Origin: Paraspadella gotoi | Taxonomy: Eukaryota; Animalia; Chaetognatha | Assembly: GCA_051294375.1 (NCBI GenBank) | Contig: CM119268.1 | Location: forward strand, 2,162,854 to 2,212,798 | Direction of reading: 5' to 3' | DNA length: 49,945 nt | Shown: one piece after another, positions 42,901-49,945 of the stretch | Position numbering within the stretch: position 1 is the first letter of the stretch | How the letters are laid out: each line of letters opens with the position of its first letter | Program-made: the position numbers and the translations under genes | The notes under the pieces: model-generated | Databases searched by the model: none | Told to the model about the DNA's origin: nothing | What the model saw: the letters and a program-made list of their open reading frames with translations, nothing else

Positions 42901-43666
42901 GATCCTCAATGGTCTGGGCGTTGAGACGGCGGTAATCGCCGCAGCAGCGCCAGCCGCCATCAGGTTTGGGGACCACGTGGAGTGGCGACGACCACTCGGA
43001 TTTTCCCCTTTTTGCTATACCGAGGGAGACCATTTTCTCCAACTCCCTTTTAGCCACAGCCAGTTTTTCCGGATCCAGTCGTCTTGCTCGTGACTGGCAT
43101 GGGCGTCCTTCGGTTGGTATTGAGTGAGTGACGCCGTGCTTCGGCTCCTTGAGCTCGAAGGTCGGCGTCGATAGTGAAGGGAACGACTCGAGAAGCTTGT
43201 AGTATTTCTCGCCCTTGCGGTCAACAAAATTGACGTGGGCGGCAGTCTCGTTTGACGTTGACGCCGCAATTGTCGAATAGTCGCGCAGGTCGAGAAGTAG
43301 GCCGTCTCTATGATTGGGCGCGAGGAAATTTTCAGCCAAGAAATCAGCGCCGAGTATATTTTGCCTTACATCGGCGACGATGAATTCGTATTCGAATTTT
43401 CTGTTTCGTAATTGCACCGTCCTTTCTACCGTCCCGTAACAGTCGATTGCCGATCCGTTTGCTGCTTGCAGTTTCGTTTTCGGATCTGGACCATGATTTC
43501 GCTGCTGCGGCGTCGGCGGAATTATTGAGAGAAGCGCGCCTCCGTCTACAAGCCACTTTGTTCCGTTCCCGGCGTCCCGAATAAAGAGAAGATTGTTGGA
43601 TGCCGGTGATAGGTTCTGCTCCTGGGGGACGGCGTTCACCTGCGGCGCCCCCCTTTGAAGTTTCCC
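39983..43666 (-). CDS. pol: Gypsy Pol polyprotein (protease, reverse transcriptase, RNase H, integrase), entered by -1 frameshift from gag
   Basis: 1218-aa ORF: LVDGGA..ILGADFL (PR); DYRRLN, KIDLLKGYHQI, PFGLKNA, YLDD (RT); TDAS, KELF, TDH (RNase H); H..GHPG..CVDC and the D,D,E triad VDLV/TDQG/VERFH (IN); GPY motif. The last ~150 aa are low-complexity and may contain sequencing frameshifts. Confidence 0.95.
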   Translation of the reverse strand, partial: GKLQRGAPQVNAVPQEQNLSPASNNLLFIRDAGNGTKWLVDGGALLSIIPPTPQQRNHGPDPKTKLQAANGSAIDCYGTVERTVQLRNRKFEYEFIVADVRQNILGADFLAENFLAPNHRDGLLLDLRDYSTIAASTSNETAAHVNFVDRKGEKYYKLLESFPSLSTPTFELKEPKHGVTHSIPTEGRPCQSRARRLDPEKLAVAKRELEKMVSLGIAKRGKSEWSSPLHVVPKPDGGWRCCGDYRRLNAQTIEDRYPVKLLTDFNSQLEGKTIFSKIDLLKGYHQIPVNPDDVKKTAVITPFGLYVFPRCPFGLKNAGQDFQRLMDEILGDIPHTFVYLDDILVASSSPEEHLQDLERVFKALDQNGLVVNTKKCLLGQESLEFLGFLVDKNGVRPLPERVQTLRETTRPTTIKELQRFLGMVNYYRRFISGVAHRCSPLYEALSGKPKVLEWTDECEKAFEAIKEGLISAALLHHPRTGAQLCITTDASDNAVGAVLEQRGPKGWEPLAFFSAKLAKNQKLWPPFDKELFGAFRAVRHFRHWVEGRAFTLYTDHQSLVSAIRKKSEPQTVRQSYQLSVIAEFTTDVRYLKGKANVVADALSRPNTSSTTRNADNAATAPNQHAITTANDAVPSNQPAATSTDENTLPKQVAATTAAEQLIDGKLDRSIKPNQLEDAYAVIASLTNFEIDFEQMAREQTLDQDFQRIAGEARTGLTFRKIRVGEQELLADISNGPARPFVPASWRRKIFDVIHGLGHPGVDATRKAVAAKFVWTNMRQDVTRWARNCVDCQRAKITRHVVPEIGEFKVPAKRFQHLNVDLVKMPKSNGFSHLLTIVDRFSRWPAAIPIPDTLTPTILDAMSLEWISTFGVPSVITTDQGSQFTSALWSQLTKQWGIRHQTTTAYHPQANGLVERFHRRLKESLRALAKEEREKWFWKLPLTLLAIRTTIKEDIGASAADLVFGEGIDVPGAILGDAQTNENNLNQQRRNKLSKLRLEVARLQPTPTSAHHQPAIHLPSNLDSAKYVFVRRAGVQPPLIPPYKGPYRVVHRNGSNITVEIPSSGRETVTIAANKTSTGSATKDVEVEDPNHVKKELQAVEPGVRTRIPRANNSKNSINDKTSGPSSSSSSPPPSILLPNYQCPSSPTFLSPDLIRPPSPALHFCIARLHVSRCEPALTLIQTSSSNGKGEEQQQQQPRKPKNEPTELKFSRSTTENFFKTDRPTPSY
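43624..43666 (-). promoter_or_regulatory. -1 programmed ribosomal frameshift signal
   Basis: G GGA AAC heptamer in the gag frame (43666-43660), a 6-nt spacer, then stem GGGGGGCG/CGTCCCCC. Pol is in the -1 frame. Confidence 0.8.
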
Positions 43667-44721
43667 CCTTCTTTCTTTTTCTGCGTTTCTTCAAATCTCG
43701 CGCAGCCTGGGTCGCACGACCAGGCGTCGTCGCCGAATTTAATATGCTTAGCGCATAAGGTTGTCAACTTCGCCTTACTCTTTCCCTTTGGAGCCGGGTT
43801 TGGACGACGTTTGCCTCCTGCATGCCTTCTGGAGTGGTTGTCGACCGCGTTTATGGCGTCATCCTCCTCCGAATCCAAATCATTTTGCTCTCGATGGCGT
43901 CGGTCGATGTTGTTGATCGTTGAAGACGATTGGCGAATCTTAAGATTGCCGTCGTTATCAAAATGGCGATCAGCGAGTTGGCACAACTCGCTGGCGGTCA
44001 ACTCGTCGGCCTTATCCTCTAATTGGCGGCGTATTTCATTTGGCAGTTCACGGAGAATTTTCTCCTTTCTAACGTCGTCCAGGTTGAGGGTTTTTGTTTT
44101 TTCCTCTAATAGCGCGAGCATTTTTGAGGGCTTGACGCCGTCGACGTCAAGGGCATCAAGGAGATTGGCAGCCTGTTGACGCCTGGTGAGACCGTATTCT
44201 TTTCGCAAGTAGTGAAGAAACTGATCCCATGCTGCATCGTTAGCTTCACCAAATAAAAACTGGTTTATTTTGGGGTCGACGTTAATCCCGATTTTGGATT
44301 CGAGGTGGGCGAACTTATTCTTGGGCGTGGTGATCCCCGCCCTCGTGTAGGCCGCCTCTACCCTCTTAATCCAGATTTCTATATTTGTGACGTCGAAATC
44401 AGGTAAATCCGGTTTGCGATTTGACGCTCGTTCTAAGGCGCGGGTTGCGGCGGCAAGAGCGGCGCGAAGTTCGTCGTTCTCGTCTCTTAAATCCCGCGGC
44501 GTGGCGCCGGCCGTTGCCATGTTGGCGTTCTCGAAGTTTCCGGCGCTGTTTTGCTGGAAGTTGAATGACGGGGCGGCGTCCGCGAACACCGGTGAAGTGG
44601 ACCGTGAGCGGTGGCCTCGTCCAAAGCCGAATGGGATTCTCAGCCTCGTCGCCTCGTTCTGCTGCTCCTCGCCGTTGCGTTGAGCTGAGCGGAGGCGTGA
44701 GCGTAGGTCTGAATCGCTCAT
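43636..44721 (-). CDS. gag: Gypsy Gag polyprotein (first ATG at 44721; the frame stays open to 44826)
   Basis: LPDFD..IEIWIKRVEA.Y..AGIT...KF capsid-like N-terminus, KPS..L motif, C-terminal CAKHIKFGDDAWSCDPGC zinc knuckle. Lies upstream of pol. Confidence 0.88.
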   Translation of the reverse strand: MSDSDLRSRLRSAQRNGEEQQNEATRLRIPFGFGRGHRSRSTSPVFADAAPSFNFQQNSAGNFENANMATAGATPRDLRDENDELRAALAAATRALERASNRKPDLPDFDVTNIEIWIKRVEAAYTRAGITTPKNKFAHLESKIGINVDPKINQFLFGEANDAAWDQFLHYLRKEYGLTRRQQAANLLDALDVDGVKPSKMLALLEEKTKTLNLDDVRKEKILRELPNEIRRQLEDKADELTASELCQLADRHFDNDGNLKIRQSSSTINNIDRRHREQNDLDSEEDDAINAVDNHSRRHAGGKRRPNPAPKGKSKAKLTTLCAKHIKFGDDAWSCDPGCARFEETQKKKEGGNFKGGRRR

Positions 44722-44900
44722 TGATGGCGCTGTTCTTGACTCCGTCGAGTTGTCGTTGGGGAAGTGGGGATAGAGGAAAGGAAAAGGGAAAAGTGTGAGC
44801 GGAACGGGTGCTTCACTTAATCCCAACTTTTCTCACCCGTTCTTACCTTGGAAAAGGTCTTGAATCGTCGACTTCCCCTTTTTTGAAGGTTGGTTTTGAT

Positions 44901-44916
44901 CGTCGTGGTTTCACCA
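44901..44916 (-). promoter_or_regulatory. Primer-binding site, probably tRNA-Trp
   Basis: Minus strand TGGTGAAACCACGACG abuts the LTR end and resembles TGGTGACCCCGACG, the complement of the tRNA-Trp 3' end, with mismatches. Confidence 0.7.
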
Positions 44917-45494
44917 TGTGGCCCTAGTTCCCGGAGGCCAGCTACAGCGTGACGATGACGGAGGGGCTATGTCCCGACTGCAGGGTCACGTGTCTAAGAC
45001 GATGACGTCACAGGGAAAACGTGGCACTGATTTGAATTGTTTTGTTGATTCAATTGTTTCAAAGTTTATTTCAATTGATTGGTAAAATCATTTCTTTTGA
45101 TTAGAGACAGTGTTTCTTATCTTGAATAATGTAGTATTTACATTGGAAGAGTAAGTAAAAATAATAAAATGATAAAAACAATGTATTTCTGATTGAGTTC
45201 CAAAACCAGACTGAAATCATTCAGCAAACAATCAATTAAAGTAAACAATCATTAAAACAAATGCTTTAAAACTATAAGGACATCTTCAGTGGATAAGTTT
45301 TAATATTGGAGACAAAAGAAACAAAAGATTTCTTGAATTTGATAATTTTTTTGTTGACATTTGGAGTAGGAGAATCATGGCCATCTGGCTGGTTCAGTGT
45401 TGGGAATCAGATGTTCCAGATCTCAAGTCCGGGTTCGATCCCCGGAGTGGAAGGATTTATTTTGTTTATGGAATTTATCCACTCGAGCGCCGCA
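44917..45494 (-). repeat. 5' LTR
   Basis: Matches 38948-39536 along its length. The minus strand reads TGCGG...CCACA and is followed immediately by the TGG of the PBS. Confidence 0.92.
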
Positions 45495-45873
45495 TCTAGT
45501 CTATCTCTTCTACTCTTCTTGAATTTGTTTCCTAATGAAGTCATATAAACTTTATGTTGCAATGATGAAATAAAAATTACCCCCACTTATAATATTTTTC
45601 TCTATCCTGGTTGTTAGGTTCCGTGAAGAGTAGAACTTCCGGAGCATAGATCATTCTTTTCTTACGAGGTGAGATAGGATGTTTACGAAGGACGGCCCAT
45701 GTGCGGATGCCCGATATGCGCAAACAATTGAAAAACTAGTGTACAAGTAAGTGCACTCATTGTAACATTAGTTGTTAAATTTTTTTTACATTCTATAAAA
45801 TTATATTATTTTTATTGTGTTAAAAACTTTCACATTTGAGCATAATTAAATCTCTCTCTCTCTTTTCTCTCTA

Positions 45874-45912
<39 letters not shown>

Positions 45913-46983
45913 CCTGCTCCCCTTCCCTCGCAGGAATTTCCTCTTCCAGAAGATAAAAGAATACACTTAGATTTCATCTTCATTTTAAATTTTTCATTCA
46001 AGATTCAATTTTCTCTCTTCCTCATTCTCCGTGGGCGCGTCGAGGACAGGAGGCGTTGTAGAAAGAGTGGCTGGGGATGTAGAAGGGACAGGGAGTAGAA
46101 GGGAAATGGATTAGAAGGGGAGTTGGGGTTTAGAATAGGGGGCAGGGCTTTAGAGAAAGGGGGCGGGGATCGTAGAAGAGGGTTAGGGGTGCAGACGGGG
46201 CTCGGGGGGGTGTTAGAAGGACGACAGTTGGTGCAGAAAAAAAGCTTCAACGGGGTGTAGAAAGGGGGTTTAAAAATCCGTTAATTTACTTTTTTTCTCA
46301 ATTCGAGTTCTAAACAGAAACGACGAGTTCGACTCGGGACGCGAAAGGAAGAGAAACAATTTCTGAGAATTGAAAAGAGGATTTGTTTTTAGTTTTTTAA
46401 CTCGTGCAGAGCCAGAGGAGGAGGGTTTGTTCTTTAATTGGGGATGTCAGTCGTTTCGAAACTAGACGTATTTACTATTTAAATTTGGTATCGTTGGAAA
46501 GAGGAATGGCGAAATTAGCCGAATCCTAAATTTCATAAAAATCGACTAAGCATTCAAAAGTAATGCGTGCAAAAAAAGACCGCGAAAAAACGCGGTCTCG
46601 GCGGCATCAAACTCGCGCTATTTAAAGCGATTCCGTTTTGGTTCTACAAAGAAAGTACTACGTAGTTCAAATCATTAGAACGCCGAATTTAGCGTAAAGC
46701 CTCGTATGCGTGATCCGGGCCTCATAAGAAATGACTGACCGTAGACTCAGCGGAATCATCAGAATACTGAAGTAGACAAAATAAAGGTAAAGGTACATTA
46801 TTTTTCTACGATTTATTCAAAACTAACTGAAAAAATGACAAAATAAAGAAAAACTGAACCAAAAATTTTGCAAATAAATGACTAAAATTGAGTAATAAAA
46901 AGCTTTGTGATGACCACTGTCCTTTCTCAACTCTGTGTTGGAAACTTTGCCCATTCTCTCTCTCTCTCAAATTCACAAACTTT

Positions 46984-47029
46984 TTAACGCTGATGAAGGG
47001 TTGTACCTATGCCGAAACATGTCCGTTAA
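46984..47029 (+). ncRNA. Minimal type-I hammerhead ribozyme motif (Penelope-like element pLTR type), stem II damaged
   Basis: TTAACG-CTGATGA-A-GG..CC-GAAA-CATG-TC-CGTTAA: perfect 6-bp stem I, intact core, palindromic ACATGT stem III, GTC cleavage triplet. Confidence 0.7.
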
Positions 47030-48891
47030 TAATAATATAAATCGTTGTTAAAACTAATTTCAAACTCTTCTAATTCCAGCTTTTAAAAATTCTTACGTTT
47101 TTTTTATGAAAATATAAAAAAACTGCAGAAAATCATCGAAATATGATGATGATGAAATTTTTTACGGTTTTTGACTCACTTATATTGAAAATATTTAAAA
47201 AAGAATTATACTTTGCTATCTGAATCTGGTCTTAAAATTTAAAAATTATCAATTATAAATATTAAAATAATAATTATTTGGGTATAGAGCCATATAAGAA
47301 ATGTTTTGTCCATTGAAAAGGTATAAATTTTTGTTTGAGCATGTAATCATTCAAAATTTTTGACTAACCCAATTGAGTTGGGCTATCCCTATTTACAGTA
47401 AGAGAAATAAAATGAAATTATAAGAATAAGATTTGATTTAAATTTAATTTTTTAAATTAAATTTATTTTACTTANNNNNNNNNNATTGTTGCCTTCAAAG
47501 TTTAAAATTATATTACTCTGTTATTATCTTTGCTCTCACTGAAATTGATTATTTTTCATTTCTTATTCGCCCTCCTCAATCTCATCTATCCTCACCACCT
47601 AAGAAGTGTTGGAAGCTTTATGGGTGGCTCTCTCCATCCATCTAAATTAAACCTTTAAAATTTTATTTAGGAGCGACCAATTTTAGAATAAATTAAAATA
47701 ATTAAAATCGGAAAAAGAAAGCTTTTAGGAAATGAAAATCCACTATTAAGTACGTATTTATAAACAAATTTTGTTAGTTTTTTCCATTCAGATTATATTA
47801 AATTTAAAAAAATTTAATGCTTGATAAACGTACCATGTTTTATTCAGAACAATAAACAATTAAACATCTGCTCTTATCATGATCAGATGAGGCACAGTCT
47901 CAAAGAATTTTTTACTTTAGATTATTTAAATTTAAAATCTTGAACATTCAGTTGCATTTACTTGTTTATTTCATCAAAAAAGTAGCCCAAAGTTGCAGTT
48001 ACAAAGTGGAATTTATTTAGCATTAAAAATCAGAAATATAAACAGTTAAACACAGTATCATTGATTTGATAACAAAATTAAAAATTTAAAGTCCAANNNN
48101 NNNNNNTTTAACTTGGAATCGCGGATTGCAAAGATGATGCGCCCGGCTGATGACGTTTGGAGCCCTCGGCCTTTATCTTCATTGTAAAGTCCTAAATTTA
48201 ATTGGGATCAGCACATTACGTTTCGTCTGAAACTTGTCAAAAGAACTTAAGAAATTACTAACAACCTCAGCTTGTATCTGAAGCCAGCAAATAAGTACTC
48301 TTACTCAAAAACCGCCAATTCTCATCAAATTATAAAAATATCTAATTTTCCAAACTACAAAAGTGCATAAAAAGCACGAAAAATGGAATCTTATAAACGC
48401 ANNNNNNNNNNNNNCACGTTGATAATTAGGATTCTACAATGAACCCAAACTTTGGAAATCAGCGGTTATTGAGAGAGCCTTACTGACAAAATACCCTGTA
48501 TCCGTTAGCGAGTGTCACCAAAAATGCTTAAATATTTTTGTTGGATGAATGAATTTCTGCCATCTTGTACTGGACATTTATTATGTCCTAATTTCATAAA
48601 AGTTAATTTAACATTTACTCATGTAAAGAAACCTTTTTAAAGATCATCCAATTCGTTTTCAATAAAAATACTTAAAAAAAAATCTTTATAAATTAATTAT
48701 TCATTAAGTATTCAAATGTATTGAAATTCAGATACACCATTAAATAAAGCAGTAACTGAAATTTTTACATTAAAAATATTTTTTGCGAGAATCAATAACA
48801 TGCTTAAAACAACATTTTTTTTAAATCGGACTTAAGATTTACAAATTAAAAAATATATTATGGTGGTCTAAAATCCACCAACCATTCATCA

Positions 48892-48964
48892 GCGGCCATT
48901 GGTGCCGGAGGCAAGTCATTCGCCTCCCAACCCAAAGGTCCGGGGTTCTAGCCTGGTGGTCGTC
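48892..48964 (+). mobile_element. tRNA-Gly(CCC)-like head inside a ~230-bp SINE-like repeat (~48858-49085)
   Basis: Acceptor-like GCGGCCA/TGGTCGT, TCGCCTCCCA anticodon region, CCGGGGTTCTAGCCTGG T-arm/B-box. Too degenerate for a functional tRNA. Confidence 0.6.
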
Positions 48965-49945
48965 TGGCAGTTAAGAGGGACGGGGCGCTTAACCCGCTTG
49001 TAACATGGTTTTGCCTGATCGAAGCTCAGGACTGCTTATATTAATGTCTGTCACTAACCATAATTATCACTGTCTCTTCAATATATAATTACTAAATATA
49101 CCAAATGTTACAAGAATTCAAATACGCCATTAACTAGATTATGTTAATTATTATTTTATGTATATATATATTTAATGTATCAAATAGCCTCTTTAATAAA
49201 TTTTATTATATTAAACAAAATGTTAAACTTAGAATAGTAAACAAAAAATCTTGAAATGAATTATAAACAAATAACGTCCAGTAGTTGTCCAACTAATGAT
49301 AAACTAATGAATTAACTTTATCAGATATTAAAATTAGAGTAAAAATTGTTTTGGTGTCACTCGCGAACGGACACGGGGTAGCACCGCTAATTATATTAAA
49401 AATCATTAGATTCTGGTAACGGGTAAGGCATTAGTCATATTTTCATAACAAAAATCTATTTACTTTTTGAAGCTCATTATATCATTATAACAATTAACCA
49501 AGTATTCATTTGATGTATCAACAAAAAGAAACATTTATTTTAAATATTAAATAATTACCTTTAGTTTCATACTGCTTTTAAATAGATTGTAAGTTGTTTT
49601 GCCATCTATCAAGCGGTCTGAGTGTTGATAGACTGGATATCAACCTTAATATAAAAATAAAGGAATAAACAACAAACTAAAGGGCATTACACCATAGTAT
49701 CATATCTAACTTTTATCTTCTCTCCCATATCAAGGAAACCGACAAATTTTTGAAAAAATATTTTATTGAAAATTTTATTCATACAATAATTAATTAAAAC
49801 GACTTGGTATATGTTTTAATGACAGGTAAGCGCAACTTTTCATGTTACATCGCTTACCTTGTATGTATTTTTGTTTTTGTTGAATTTACAAGTTTGTAAT
49901 CCGGAAGAGATCGCCTAACAAGTGACGTTACCACTCGTGTAGTTA

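Larger units (their letters stand above)
38948..45494 (-). mobile_element. Full-length Ty3/Gypsy LTR retrotransposon (~6.5 kb)
   Basis: Two ~580-bp direct repeats with TG...CA termini flank gag and pol. Pol domain order is PR-RT-RH-IN. PBS and PPT lie in the expected places. Confidence 0.96.

Noticed and set aside
40045-44798. Antisense and alternative-frame ORFs within the Gypsy element, including a possible env/ORF3
   Set aside because: Shadow frames of gag/pol; the ~450 bp between pol and the 3' LTR holds no credible env.
45678-45750. Possible small exon MFTKDGPCADARYAQTIEKLVY followed by GTAAGT
   Set aside because: Too short, with no partner exon or homology recognised.
48143-48240. CTGATGA ... 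GAAACTTGTC hammerhead-like core
   Set aside because: No stem I complementarity and an implausible ~75-nt stem II.

Overview
This is eukaryotic, most likely invertebrate animal, genomic DNA from a noisy draft assembly. It has N gaps, error-rich duplicated blocks and very abundant (AG/CT)n, (GAC)n, (CAA)n, (AAT)n and (ATG)n microsatellites, and most short ORFs in the supplied track are just translations of these repeats. Supported content: (1) a 10-exon FMN-dependent (S)-2-hydroxy-acid oxidase gene (31751-35015, +, about 382 aa, ending in the peroxisomal signal AKL); (2) a spliced secreted CAP/SCP-EGF-ShKT gene (12365-19139, +) whose 3' half is present twice; (3) a full-length Ty3/Gypsy LTR retrotransposon (38948-45494, -) with gag, pol, PBS, PPT and a GGGAAAC -1 frameshift signal; (4) small non-autonomous repeats: two Penelope-type minimal hammerhead motifs, tRNA-derived SINE-like heads, two DINE/HINE-like elements and a ~200-bp inverted repeat pair; (5) three large duplications or fold-backs that are probably assembly artefacts. 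I found no prokaryotic-type system. The most unusual signals are RNA-structure and mobile-element features, AAG-rich splice acceptors and active-site substitutions. All coordinates and alignments were done by eye.
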